A stretch of 64,000 nt of DNA from Lama guanicoe (GCA_013239625.1 MU053881.1:496001-560000), one strand, 5' to 3'. Shown: positions 36,481 through 49,238, numbered from the stretch's first letter. Notes: a model not told the origin generated them from the sequence alone. Made by a program: numbers and translations.

Positions 36481-37399
36481 TGTTTCCAAATTCTTGAGAG
36501 TAGATCACTCCCCATAGAGCACAATGACACATTACCAGTTTAAGCTCCAGAGTTCTTAAAACCAGCCTCTACATCTTGAAAGTTGATTCAAGTCTCAAGT
36601 AACATCTCGGAAGACTTTCAATCACTCTGGCTATCAGCCATGAAACCACCAATTTGTACCTACATCTATCATATTAGATTCTTGAATGCCAGTGACAGAA
36701 ACCCAATCCAAAATCAGCATAAGCCTCCAGGGATGATTCTAAAGTGCCCCCTTCCCTCTGGCCTCCTGCCGGGTTCTGGCAGCCTCAGTCCAGCAGGGTG
36801 ATCCTGCATCCCGATTAGCCCTGGACATTCTGGAGTCATGCCTATGGCCCAGACAGAGTAAAGAGCTCCCCTTTCACTCAAGAGTCAGTGTTTGGACTGT
36901 GAGGGGTCGACCCCTACAGGTCAGCCTGGGAGAGCAGCGATCCACATTCCCAGCCCCTCTTCCCTACCCGCCCCATCCATGCTGGTGCAGACACCTTTGC
37001 GGGTCCCAGGTAGGGCGGGTCCTGCCCCCGACCCTAAGGCCACCCAGCCTCCTCTATGAAGTGAGGGGACCGTGCGGGTTTCTGAGAACCCTGCCAGCCT
37101 CCGGGCTTCCTGACAACCCGTCCCGGCCTCCCCAAGGTTGTCTTCATCTTAGGCCCAAGCATCAAAATTATGAGTTACCACAATCGATTAAACCTTTTCC
37201 AGCCGCCCTTTGAATGTTAACACGCACTGGGTTGCCCTGCACAATCAGCCAAAAATGCTGCTTTCTTTATATTTTCCCCCAAACCCTGGACATGTTTTTA
37301 CAAAACGTCCAGGGCCCTGCTATCTATGGACTGTGGACTCAGCCATTAAGGCCAGAGGCCTGTGGGCCCGGGACTGGACCGCTCCTCCTAGATGAGGCT

Positions 37400-38220
37400 G
37401 CGGCGCTGGGTCCTGGGGCAAGGAGGGAGAGAGGGAGAGGGAGAGAGAGGGAGATGGACACCGCCGGGCTGAGCCGGCCTGCGGCCCTCGGCCGCGGCCG
37501 GTGGGCGGGGCCTGGTCTGGCCGGGCCGGGCCGGGGGCCGGAGGTGGGGGGGCGGGTCCGGGCAGGGGAGCGCGCGCCCAGAAAGCCCGCAGCCGGCGTC
37601 CGCCGGTCCCAGCGGCCGCCAGGGGGCGCCGCCCGCTCGCCCCGCCCCGCCCACCGGCCCCGCCCGCCCGCTCGGCTCAGCGCGGCGACGGCGGCGGCGC
37701 TTCCGCCTGGCGGGCCTCGGCCCGGTGCGCGCGGCCCCACGATGTGGCTGGGCCCGGAGGAGGTGCTGGTGGCCAACGCGCTGTGGGTGACGGAGCGGGC
37801 CAACCCCTTCTTCGTGCTGCAGCGGCGCCGGGGCCACGGGAAGGGCGGCGGCCTCACTGGTAAGAGGCGAGGAGGGCGCTCGGGGCGGCGGGGGCCGGTT
37901 CGACCCGCCCGGGACGCGCCGGGCCTCGGAGCGGCGCTGCGGACGCGCACGTCAGCGCGCGCGGCGGGGCCCTGGGGGCGCGAGGCCGGGGCCGGGTGGG
38001 GAGGCGCGGGGTGACAGCGGGCCGGGGAGCCCGGGAGGACAGACGCGCCCGCGTTCGCAGGCTGTTGGGGAGCCTGCGATCGGTCAGCCAGGGCGGGAGA
38101 CGGCTGGCAGCGGCCCCTGCCCGGACTCAGGCCCGAGAGCTTTCTCGTGCTCGGCGGGGGCGTGTGCAGCTTCCCAAAATGAGATTTCACAGCGAAAAGT
38201 CCGCGAGATCTCCCAGTCCT
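37400..38220. promoter_or_regulatory. TBC1D9B: CpG island / GC-box promoter of TBC1D9B
   Basis: Very high GC and CpG density, several GGGCGG/CCGCCC boxes (e.g. ~37503, ~37550), no evident TATA, spans first coding exon. Confidence 0.92.
37742..37859 (+). CDS. TBC1D9B: TBC1D9B coding exon 1
   Basis: ccccacgATG (A at -3); [39 protein letters not shown](G); donor G|gtaaga; 118 nt. Confidence 0.97.
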
Positions 38221-38689
38221 CTGCCTCAGTCTCCCCAAGTGCCTCCGAGGGGACAAGTGAAAGAAGCATTTGTTTCCTTTTGTGTCCTTCGTTTCCAGTC
38301 ACCCAGCAGTTGCCGTTTTAGCAAGATCAGAGTTCCTCCAAGCCGCTGCTGGCCTCAGCAACCGTCCCTGCACCTTTCCTGCTTCCTGGTGCATTGGGGC
38401 TGCAGGCCGAGGCTTGGCCGAATTACCAGTATCTGTGTTCTCGTGAACTAGCCAAGGTGCCCCTTTGCCCGTCTGGGCACCACACAGGACTAGACAGGAC
38501 AGGCATCTCCTGGAGTGTGTGACATGTGGGGTCCAGGGATGTCCACCGGGCATTCCCTTTACAGGTGTTGCCCAGGGCGCGTCCAGGACCTGCCCCAGGC
38601 ACTGGCCGAGCAGAGCTGGGTCAGTCTTAGGGCCAGACCAGTGCCTGTGCTCCTACACTGGCCCGTTGTTGCCATTTAGAACCTTAGGC

Positions 38690-38820
38690 CCAGAGTTGCC
38701 AGGTCTTCCAATTATCAAGAGAATTTTCTGTGACATGTCCTAATTTTAAACATTAGCAGCTAATACAGTCCTACCAGATGCAGACGGAGGCTTCGCCTGG
38801 GAGACCGCCAGCCTCTCCTG
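38690..38820. mobile_element. MER103-like hAT fragment
   Basis: cagagttgccaggtcttcc...tcaagagaa...ttttaaacattagcagctaat resembles recalled consensus. Confidence 0.45.
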
Positions 38821-39049
38821 ACGTGTAAGAGGCTGTGCGGTTCCCAGGAAGACTGTTCCCTTCAGTGCCTCGGGCTCCCTCCCTCTAGAATCGCAGGAGC
38901 CAGTGCTGGATCTGCCTCCTCAGCTAGGCTGTTGAGTGGGGGTCAGACAGCAGCCCCTCTGGAGAGAATGGCTAGTGGTCAGCCTGGGAAGCTACTCTGA
39001 GCCAGTGTAGGAACGCGAGGCATGGGCACCCGGTACCCTTGGTGGCACC

Positions 39050-40143
39050 AGCATCCGTTGTGTCAGAACACAGGTGCCAGCTTAGATTTTTCATTGAAGA
39101 CTCTGAGTGTGATGAGATGGCTTGCCTATGAAAAAGCTTTCAGGTCTTGCAACATGGATATGCCAACAATATAGGAATTAAAATAAAATTTCTGAGACTG
39201 GAAGAGAAATCTCAACACGGACAGTAAAAAGTTTATTCCAAACACTGATAAGGCTTGAATGTGCCCCTTTAACTGCAATTTAGAGGACATTTAGAACACG
39301 TCAGTACCAGTGGGAGATTACAGGTTCCTGACTTGAATGTATGTGAAGAGTACCTTCTTTTGCAACTAGTAATTTTATTTATTAAAAGCTAGCGGGGGAA
39401 AATTAGATTAAAAATGGAATATGAAAGAAAAGTGTTAAGGCCAAGCAATAAAATCGATAGGAATTATTCTGATATCAACAGGAAAATGGAAACAAAATAT
39501 CTTCAGATCATACCAAAAGCAGCACTTCATTAAAAGAAAAAGATAAGTTTCAAATAGGAACAATGAGCAGGCTTTTCTGTAGCTTGATAATTCAGTTAAT
39601 GAAGAGGAGTGAATCAGACAGTGGTGAAAGGTAAACATTTCCTCCAATTCGTTGGGGACATAGTGATACTGACAAGGATGTATGTGATGAGAAGGAAAAT
39701 ATGAAATGTCATAAGGTGCTTCAGTTCAGAAATGGAAAAAAAAACTGGATCAGTGTTTTCCTAAATTGGACAGTTATAAAAATTTGCATGTCCTTTTCAG
39801 TTGACCTTTGAGGCTACATTATCTTCCTGCTGTTGATGTGGGAAACCATGTTACAAAATCATCGTCTTAATGAAAAAACCATCAGAGTACACGGCCAAAC
39901 AGGCCCAAAATGTCAGAGAACACACATCTTAAGAGATGAGTTTGGCAGCTAATAAAATGCATTGTGTTATTTTTCTGGATTTTTGTGATATTTGTGGTAA
40001 TGTCGTTTTGTTTTCCACTTGTAACTGTTGTACTTTCTCATCCTAAAGAAATACTGGTTTTCAAACTTGATGTTGCATTTTTCTTGGAGAGGGCCTTCGG
40101 GACTGTGTATGTTCTGGGCCCCATAAAACCTGCATCTGTCCCC
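39050..40143. mobile_element. Zaphod-like hAT-Tip100 DNA transposon remnant
   Basis: AT-rich block ending gttatttttctggatttttgtgatatttgtggta...gggccccataaaacctgcatctgtccc, the reverse complement of the recalled Zaphod left end; left boundary approximate. Confidence 0.7.
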
Positions 40144-40373
40144 ACCTTCGAGTGTTACTGAGTCAGGAGCAGAAGCAGAAGCTTCTAGGAAGAAGTGGGA
40201 GGGGATTTTTCAGGAGGGACCAGACACCGACTAAAGGCCTTTAAGGAAAAAGAAGTAATTTAATGGACCAGGGTGATGCAAGATATTTCGCCCTCTGGGT
40301 GAGGGCGCTGAAGGCGCTGCCCTGGCCAGGCGCAGCCCTCCCTCACCCTCCCCTCTCTCTGTCCTGTTGCCAG

Positions 40374-40484
40374 GTCTTCTCGTGGGCACCCTGGATGTGG
40401 TGCTGGACTCCAGCGCCCGGGTGGCCCCTTACCGCATCCTGCACCAGACCCAGGACTCCCAGGTCTACTGGACAGTGGCGTGTG
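40374..40484 (+). CDS. TBC1D9B: TBC1D9B coding exon 2
   Basis: ttgccag|GT CTT CTC...GCG TGT G|gtaggt; [36 protein letters not shown]; 111 nt. Confidence 0.96.
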
Positions 40485-40761
40485 GTAGGTGCCCTGAGTC
40501 ACAAGGGCTGTCGGACGGGGCTTGCCCCAGGAAGGGAAGGGACACAGCCTGCACCCCTGGGCTGGGCTGGACATGGCCTCCCGAGAACCTGACGCGGCCC
40601 CTCATCCGACAGCACAGCCCAGGCCAGGCTGCAGCCGAGGAAGGCAGCTCAGCTGGACGCAGGTGCAGGGCAGGCGGAGGTGGGCCCCACACAGCCCTGC
40701 GCCTCTCTGAGGGCTTGGCCTCGCGCCCTGTCCACATGTTCCTGCTAACCTTTTCTCGAGA

Positions 40762-41434
40762 TGGACGATCTACCGGTATTCATGGACGACATATTTTTGA
40801 ATTTACCTACTCGCTGAAAGTGAACTGTAAACCCCCAGATCAACACTTGTGGTGCTTTGGGGGTCATTCATGGACGTTTGTGGGAATGCGCAGGTGCAGA
40901 GCTGTGAAAATTTTGAGTCACAGACACACACATTCCCGGCTGAGGCATCTTCCTGCCTCCTTGTTTCAGCTCTCAAACCACAAGCAAGCTTCTCTGTGAG
41001 GTCTGAGTGCCATGGTTTTCACTGTTGTGTTTTTTATTGGCAACTCTGCTGTTTACAGTGGCCCCAAGCATAGCGCTGAAGTGCTGTGGGGTGCTTTTAA
41101 GCTGGAGAAGCTGTGATGTGTCTTATGGAGGAAACATGGGTAAGAGGAGCTTCCTTCAGTTGTGAGTTACAGTGCTGCTTGCCATGAGTTCAGTGCCAGG
41201 GTGTTAAAATCAAACCACAAAAGGAAAAAGAAAGGAACACATATTAATTAAATAAGGTGCCTTTAAACAGAAGGACACACAAGACAGAATGGTGCACTGA
41301 TGGGCTGACAAAAACTCTGGGATCAGAGGCTCACAGGAACTCAGCCCTGCAGCTCCCCCGGGAGCAGTGCTGGCGGGTTCGGTGTTGGGAGACTTTGCAG
41401 AACATCACCACCATGAATGCCGAGAATCAGCTGT
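40762..41434. mobile_element. MER82-like TcMar-Tigger element
   Basis: gaatttacctactcgct...gctgaagtgctgt...aagctgtgatgtgtcttatggag...aaataaggtgcctttaaacagaa...gagaatcagctgta. Confidence 0.75.
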
Positions 41435-41984
41435 AGTTGTCCCCCTAGGAGGACACACCCCCCCACCACTACCCCCCGGAGTCCAGGGGGAAGTTGCCTT
41501 TCAGGGGCGCCAACCTGGCTGGGTCCCCGGGGTAGAGCAGCAGTCGCGGCCGGCGCTCGGACAGCACTCCCTGCGGGCCGGACGCGTGAAACTCCCGTAA
41601 ACTCCAAAAGGTGGAACTTCAGCTTTCCCTATTTTGAAGATGAGGAAGCCCAGAGGGGTTAAGTAACCTGCCCAAAGTCACACAGAACTGCAGGCCAGAC
41701 CCAGAGCGCCCATTCATGTCCACTGTACTGAATACATCTCTGTGTAGAAGCCACAGGGTCACTGTCCCTCAGGATAATGGCTTTCCTTGGAGACCTGAGA
41801 AGAGGTAATGATTCCCCAGACCCACATGCCTACCTCTCTCGCCCCACGGGACTTGCCATGTCTCCACTGGCACCTTCACACTGGGCTTGCTGGCTCTCCC
41901 ACTAGACCAGCCACCCCCTGAGGGCGTGGGTGAGCTCTGCAGCCTGGGAGCCTGGACAAACGTTATGGTTTGGTCACTTCCCGG

Positions 41985-42145
41985 CTTGGTGACCTCGGGC
42001 AACTTACTTAACCTCTCTGTGCCTCAGCTTCATCCTATAAAATGAAAATAGCGTTGCCTCTAAGGTGCTCTAAGAATCAAATAAAATACTCCATGAAGAG
42101 TTCTGGAAAACAGAAATAGCACTAATAATTTAATTAGCTGTTCTA
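41985..42145 (+). mobile_element. MIR SINE (a second, antisense MIR fragment lies at ~41620-41735)
   Basis: gtgacctcgggcaacttacttaacctctctgtgcctcagcttcatcctataaaatg core. Confidence 0.8.
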
Positions 42146-44042
42146 TTTTTATTCCCAGTACCTACCATAGAGATGACATAGTTTAAGGGTTTACTTAGTA
42201 CGAAATGAAGATTGAGTTGCTTATAAGTAATAATTTTTAAAGTGAATATAAGTAAATACTTATAATTAAAGGACAGACAGGTCCACACAGGCATAGTGGA
42301 CAAGATCCCTCTGTTTCAGGCTGCCAGGAACATGGGGGTAAGAGGAAATGATACAGTGGAATTGCATCACATGCAAATTCAACTTCTGGATCCAAATGTG
42401 ACTTCTTGGCAAAAAGAGCAGGAGAGGGAGAAGAAAATCTCTTCCCTACCAACTAGACCATGGCCTCCATACACCAGAGAAAAGAGGCCATAATATATAT
42501 ATATGCAAAGAAAATGAAAAAACATGGATGATTTAGCAACTTCCAGGGGTAATTTATGATTATCTGTTATGATTATCACTGTGTAGTTGTAGGATTCCAG
42601 GTTTAATCATGTTCACATGGGCCCCCTCACATAGGCCCAGAAGGGAGGGTCTTTCCATGGAATTGCTTGTTAGGATGGTGAGTTGCTTGGGTAAATGTAA
42701 AGAAACCTACAGATCAACCCTAACTGAGACCGGCTGGACCGTGACATGTGACAGAGCAGTGAGCAGGTGCCTGGGCTGGAGGAGATGACGGGACGACTCG
42801 CCTGGCCAGGGCAGAGTCAGCGTCTTCAGCTGGTGGGAGAGTTGTAGCCAAGTAGGGAAGGTTAGGGTGCCCAGGGATCAGGCGCCCAGCGAAAATTGTC
42901 TGTGGTCCATAGCCGGGCTGGCCTTGTGTCTCTGCTAAGGCTCCCTCCTTGCTGAGTGTGTGGGCCCTCCCATGGTCACAGAACCGCCTGGCCTTCTGGG
43001 ACCTGCAGCCCACAGACTGCCCATCGCAAGGTGTTGAGGCAGGCAGAGCCTTCACTCCTTCCCCTTCTTATTCTTGTGTTAATTCAGTCGGAGTTCTTAA
43101 GCGCAAACCCCATGCCGGACACGTGAAAAGCCCCAAGAAGTGGGCTGCCGGAGCGGCGGGGTGGGGGGGGGCCCAGGCCACGCAGGACCTTCCTCCTCCC
43201 TTCACTTCTCCTCCCGGGGCTCCTTTTCCCGATTCCTTGGTGGAGGCAGAGGTGAATAACTGCCCCGCTCTTGGGAGTAGCATCGGGCTGCTTCTCTGAG
43301 TTTTTCCACTTCCACTGGGCCTGCAGTGTCCCCAAGGGCCCCTCCCTGAGAAGGACAGTGACCCCGCAGACACTGGGGGCCAGCCGGAAGCGGAAGGGAT
43401 CAGATAGGGGTTCCTGGAGAAGACGGGGTCAGGGCTGGGATGTGAACCCGGATGAGGAGGAGGAGCACCGCAGGCGAAGGCCTGGGTGGGGCATCTGGCC
43501 CCTGAGAGGGAAGGAGGGAGCCTCTGGCCTGCCCAGTAGGGGCCCAGCCAGCCAGGGGCCTGCAGTCCTGCAGGAAGCTCCGGTGCTGTCTGTGGACGGC
43601 TGAGTTCACAGGAGAGCGGCAGTCACTTATGTCAGGTCTGTGTCTGGTTTACCCCCTATATTTGGAAGATCACATTAATTCCCTTTGTCTCAAGAAGAAA
43701 TAAGTAAGCAAACCTGCAGGTGTGTAGACTGTTCCTGGGAGGCCACGTAGGAGACCAGGGGTCCCTCGTACTCTTGGCGTTGGAGGGAAACTGAGGCTTT
43801 GTTTTCCCTCGTGCCTCTGTGATTTCATCTGAGCTTTTTAATTTTTTATTTTACCAGGTCCGCTTACGACTTTTGTTATATATACACGTATACATATACA
43901 CATACATAGAACTTAAGAAGTAAAGGATAAGCAGCTCAAAGATTGTAGTCTCTTTGGTAAAGCAAATCGGGTCACGAGTTTATGTTGAAGGCCTGGTGGT
44001 TTTATGATTTTCCTTTTCTTTATTCCACCCAACTTGCCCTAG

Positions 44043-44161
44043 GTTCTTCCCGCAAAGAGATCACGAAGCACTGGGAATGGCTGGAAAATAACTTACTCCA
44101 GACACTGTCCATCTTTGACAATGAGGAAGATATCACCACCTTCGTCAAGGGCAAGATACAC
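44043..44161 (+). CDS. TBC1D9B: TBC1D9B coding exon 3
   Basis: ccctag|GT TCT TCC...ATA CAC|gtaaga; [39 protein letters not shown]; 119 nt. Confidence 0.96.
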
Positions 44162-46202
44162 GTAAGATTCGCTTTCCGCTGCTGGTTCCACTCCCTTCTG
44201 CCAGCAGCGTCCCCTGTGTCATCTCCTGTAACCTTCAAGTGACGGGGTGTAGGTCTTTCCCCCCTTAAACAGGTGGAAGCAGAGTGTCTGATCCCGTTGT
44301 CCTGGTACTGAAAAGGGCAGTGGACTCATTGCCCACATCTAGGTCCACCTCCCGGCCAGCCACTGGAGTCTGGCTAAGCTTCTCGGGGACTTTCCAGTTC
44401 CTGCAAAGGGCCTTAGGGCAAAGGGGCAGATACACAGCTCTGACGCCTGTTCCCTGGCTAACGGGGGAAGAAGTGGGAAGCGACAGGGGAGTTGGGGGTG
44501 TATTTCTACCGTAAAACTCACATTTACTTCAAACTGCACAGACTCTTTGACCCAGCAGTTCCACCCCTTGGAATTTGCCCTGCAGTGTATGTGTAAGTGC
44601 AGAGTGACGTATGTGTCAGGATGTTCCCCGCAGCAGTGTCAGCAGAAGGACTGGAAGCGGTGCCTCCCAGGCCCGCCCTGAGAGGGGAAGCAGCTGTCCT
44701 CTCCTCTGCAGAAGGCGAGTGGTCATACTTGCCTGCATAGCATTTATTCAGTACTTTCTGTGTGAGTACAGTGCTGAGCACTTTATATTCAGGGGATTTG
44801 GGTAAACTTAATGGAATATTTTACAGCAACCAAAATAATTATGAAGATTATAGCAGTGTGTAAAAGTGGCGTGAGGGCTGTTTCATCTTTAGGGAATAAC
44901 TGACATGATGAGCGTCTGTATGAGTGCACGTGTGTGTCTTTCCTTCTGTTGGATTACTGCCTTAGGCTAGATTGCTCAGTGCTCTTACTGGGTCAAAGTT
45001 GTATTGTGCAGGCTTGCTTTGGACAAGCCCTTGTGACTTCTTTACGCCAGAACCTCCTACACCCGGGCAGATGGCACCAAGAGCTCCTTAGCAGTCCCCT
45101 GTGCACCCTAGGGCTCAGGGGGCCCTGTGTTGCCTTTCTAGCTCCAGGAAGACAGGCAAAGAGAGTAGAGGCAAGTCTCCACTCTCCTAACGAGCCAGCT
45201 GGGCACTAGTAACTGCGGCAGCTACGCTGCAGAATGTTTCCCTTATGCCAGGCCCAAACGGGCTAATCGGCAAGACAGAACGAAGTTCTAGGGGGCTCAA
45301 AGGAAAAATGAAAATTAGGAAATATTGAGAACTGAACGTTTTATGGAAATACCACTGTGTATCAGAACCTGTGGGCTGGAGGCTGCCAGGAGGCTGAGGA
45401 GAAGCAGTGTCTGGACCACGACACTGCCTTGAATTACCTTAGTTTATTGAGTCTCGGTCTCCTGGAAAGTCTGCCAGGTGCACTAAGAACCTGTTTTACC
45501 CCAGGAGGGTTGTGGCTGGCTCTGTGGCCCAGGGTGATGTCTCTGGGCACCCTGAGCCCAGTGCAGATGCTTGCAGAACACAGCATAGATATGCCCTGAG
45601 CTGGGTGGGCCCTGCGGCTGGTCTCTGGGCCCCGTGCTGGGTGGGCCCTGCGGCTGGCTTGTGAGTATGGGAGGGAGGAGTAGTGTCAAATAGAGAATTT
45701 CCCCTAAGACCTTGTCATGAGGAAAGCACTTCACAGCACAGTGCCACAGCAAGGTCCCATTTGGGTAAACAGAGAGGGAAAGAGAAGACGACGTGTATTT
45801 TCTGAAAGGTGCGTCAGTGCCTGCGTGTCTGGGAGGAAACCAGCAAGGTGGCTACAACTGCAGGGGAGATGGAGGTTCCCTTCTCACTGAACTGAGAACT
45901 CACTGAACACTTTTCTACTATTTGCATTTTTTTTACCATGTTATACTTTTCAGATATGTACATTAAAATGTTCATTTAAAAGCCTCTGCTCCTAGCCAGT
46001 GGTGGTAACAGCTCAGGGAGTTGGGGAACCTGCCTGGCACCTGTCCAACCACGTGCACCAGCCAGAGCAGGCGTCAGGGCCTACCTGCTCATGGCCCTTG
46101 GGCCAGCGTGCAAGCACCCTGGGTTGCACTGCCTGAGTTCCCTGGGGCTGTGGGAAGGAACCCTGGGGCCTACTGGGAATCAGTCCCCTTGTCCTCCCAC
46201 AG

Positions 46203-46431
46203 GGAATCATTGCGGAAGAGAACAAGAACCTGCAGCCGCAGGGAGACGAGGACCCCGGGAAATTCAAGGAGGCGGAGGTGAAGATGCGGAAGCAGTTCGG
46301 GATGCCCGAGGGGGAGAAGCTGGTCAACTACTACTCCTGCAGCTACTGGAAGGGCCGCGTGCCCCGGCAGGGCTGGCTCTACCTCACCGTCAACCACCTG
46401 TGCTTCTACTCCTTCCTGCTGGGCAAGGAGG
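46203..46431 (+). CDS. TBC1D9B: TBC1D9B coding exon 4 (GRAM domain 1)
   Basis: cccacag|GGA ATC ATT...AAG GAG G|gtgagt; GIIAEENKN...[45 protein letters not shown]; 229 nt. Confidence 0.96.
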
Positions 46432-47425
46432 GTGAGTGCGGGGGTCGGGGACGCCCCCGTGCTCCCAGCACCCCCCCCCAGTCCCTTCATCCACAGCTCC
46501 TCTGCCTCACCTCCAGAAAGCGTGGCCTCCTCAGAGTGCCGGAGTTCCCGAGGGCTCTCCCTCTGCGGCCCCTAGACATTCTGTACCCCCACCCCCACCA
46601 GAGGGTCTCCCCAGAACCTAGCGGCCCACCACTGGAGTGCCCAGACTTGAACCAGGAGCACCTGGCTCTCACAGGCTCCTATCCCGTCTCCATCAACCAG
46701 CATGGTCCTTCACGTGGGGACTTTCTGCACAGGGCCTCCCCTCCTTCAAGTCGCGTATGCCAGGGCACACGGTATCCCTGGGTGGCTCCAGGTTACATGG
46801 TGCCTTGGACGTGGACCCCGTAGCCAAATGCTGCAGGCCCCTCTGCAAGGGAAGCCCTGGCCTCTGGACACAAGGCAGACGCCCAGCCACTGCCTCTGCT
46901 ACTGTGTCTCCCCCGGAAGGAGCCCCCAGGACTTTAGTTGTTCTCAGTGTTGCCTTTCCTGGGCCCAGCGAAGCTGCCTCCCCACCAGGCACATGTCACA
47001 ACCTCCCCTGCCTTCCTCCTGCCCTTGCATTTTGTCGGGCAGGATCCGGCGCCCTCTCTGTGCTGATCAAGCCATGTTGCAACTTTTGTTCCCCTATCAG
47101 TGTGCTTCCACTCAGTGGGGCTTCTCAGGTCCAGGGTCTCAGCTGGCTCACTTCTGCTCCGTTCATGTCATCCTTCAGCCATTGGGTGGGCGAACGTTCA
47201 CCCAGGAGATTCTCAGGGCTGGGCACTGGGTTGGCCCAGGGCGGTGTGGTCCCTCCTTGTGGGGCTCGTGTCGCAGTACCACCAGGCTCAGGCAGGGGGT
47301 CAGGCTGTGAATACTGCCTGGCTCCCCCCGTTGGGTTCTGGGTACAGATGTGAGTCGGAAGCCTGCCCCGCCCAGCCCTCCAGCTGGTTAGACCTGGTGG
47401 TGTGTCTGTCCCCTCTGGTGTCCAG

Positions 47426-47684
47426 TGAGCCTGGTGGTGCAGTGGGTGGACGTCACTCGGCTGGAGAAGAACGCCACGCTCCTCTTCCCTGAGAGCATCC
47501 GCGTGGACACCCGGGACCAGGAGCTCTTCTTCTCCATGTTCCTCAACATCGGCGAGACGTTCAAGCTCATGGAGCAACTGGCCAACCTGGCCATGCGGCA
47601 GCTGCTGGACAGTGAGGGCTTCCTGGAGGACAAGGCGCCGCCCAGGCCCCCCCAGCCACACAGGAACATCTCGGCTCTGAAGCG
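47426..47684 (+). CDS. TBC1D9B: TBC1D9B coding exon 5
   Basis: gtccag|TG AGC CTG...AAG CG|gtgtgt; SLVVQWVDVTRLEKNATLLFPESIRVDTR...HRNISALK; 259 nt. Confidence 0.96.
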
Positions 47685-49030
47685 GTGTGTTGTGCCTCCC
47701 CTGCCCCCAGCAGGGACCCGCCCTCCTCACCCTTCCCAGGCTCCCCTCGAGGGAAGGGGACTGGTGAAGGGTGGTCTCTGATAGTGGGGGGAGGGTCCCG
47801 AGAGATTCACAGAGGTGTTGTCCTAAAAACCCTACCGCTGATGTGGAGGGAGTTCTTACGTGGCTTCTCGCAGCCCTGTGCTGGGAAGGTGCCTGCTGGC
47901 TCCTTGCTCTTAGACAGGAGCTGAGGCACAAAGAGGTAGAGTGACTTGCCCCGGACCCCCGTGCCTTAGCTGTAAGCCGGGAGCGGGGCCATCAGAAGGC
48001 TTCACTGAGTACTTGCACAGAGTGCGCTGCCGCCATCCCACCGTGACTGGCAGCTCTTCCCGGGACCCCTCGGCCCTGGCCTCAGGCCCCAGGCCCCAGG
48101 AGACTGCCCTGCGCAGGCCTGACTGTGGGAGCTGGTGGACAGAGCAGTGAATTGCTGGAGCCAGTCCCCTGGAGCTCTTCTGTTTGCACTCCTCTGTTTG
48201 AGCTTCGTGGAAAACCGCGAGGCTGGTGAGGAGCTCAGAGGTGCCCTGAGCCCCGGGGTCCCATGGTCAGATTCACACCCATGTGCCCAGAGACTGTGGC
48301 CTAAGCCTAGACACTCGGGTGCACCTTCAGAACCAGAATGCTGTCCAAGGATGTCACTCTCCTGATGCGAGTGACGGGGGCTTTCAGAACCTTCCAGGAA
48401 GAAAATCAGCAGGGCTGGGACTTGACCGTCTCTGGCGCCGTCCATCAAGGTGTGCCTGCAGGCCAGCTCAGGCCCCCGGCGGCCCCCGAGGGCTGGGCAG
48501 AGTTTATGAGCGCAGGGCGTCCGCAGGGGCCTGGAGCAGGCTGCCCGGCCCGCGCCCCACGCAGCCATCTGACGGACGAGCGTGTGTTTCTGTTAAGCAA
48601 CCGCCCCCTGTGTTTTAGTCTTAACTCCACACCTGCCTGTCGGGAGGCCCTTGTCTGGGTTTCTGGGTGGGGTTGGGTCTTCCTGGTGAGAAGCAGCAGG
48701 GTGGGTGTGGGCACCCTCTGGACACTGCCCACCCTCAGTACCAGGTGGGTGACATGTCACACTCTGTCAGCCTCCTGCAGCTGTAGTGTCCCCCGGGTGT
48801 GCTGCTGACTGGCCACACCTCCACGCGGCACGTGGGTGTCCACACTTTACTAGTCGGCCTTTTAATGTGCATGTTTTATTGAACTCTGAGCTCCCCGGGC
48901 ACAACTTGCTCACAGGAGGTCCTCCAAGAGCCTGAACCAACGTGGAAGCTGAGAGCGTGGGGCCCCCTCGTGGGTGTGCTGGCCCCAACTCTTGTCGCCT
49001 TTCCTCCCACCCCCACCTTGGTTTCCCCAG

Positions 49031-49238
49031 AGACTTGGATGCTCGAGCCAAGAACGAGTGCTACTGCGCCACGTTCCGGCTGCCCAGGGACGAGCGCCTG
49101 GACGGCCACACGGGCTGCACCCTGTGGACCCCCTTCAACAAGCTGCACATCCCCGGCCAGATGTTCATCTCCAGCAACTACATCTGCTTCGCCAGCAAGG
49201 AGGAGGACGCCTGCCACCTCATCATACCCCTGCGCGAG
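49031..49238 (+). CDS. TBC1D9B: TBC1D9B coding exon 6 (GRAM domain 2)
   Basis: ttccccag|A GAC TTG...CGC GAG|gtgagc; DLDARAKNECYCATFRLPRDERLDGHTGCTLWTPFNKLHIPGQMFISSNYICFASKEEDACHLIIPLRE; 208 nt. Confidence 0.96.

Noticed and set aside
37339..38256. Long antisense ORF (305 aa) and other ORFs across the CpG island
   Set aside because: Low-complexity Arg/Pro/Gly/Ala products expected from stop-poor GC-rich DNA; no recognisable domain
39050..40143. Domesticated or active hAT transposase
   Set aside because: Riddled with stops and frameshifts; no ORF over ~70 aa
45600..45657. 22-bp exact direct repeat (gctgggtgggccctgcggctgg x2, period 36) as a CRISPR-like or functional array
   Set aside because: Only two copies in a mammalian intron; simple local duplication
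47125..47931. 268-aa minus-strand ORF over TBC1D9B exon 5 (similar ones at exons 4, 6, 9, 10)
   Set aside because: Antisense shadow of GC3-rich coding exons
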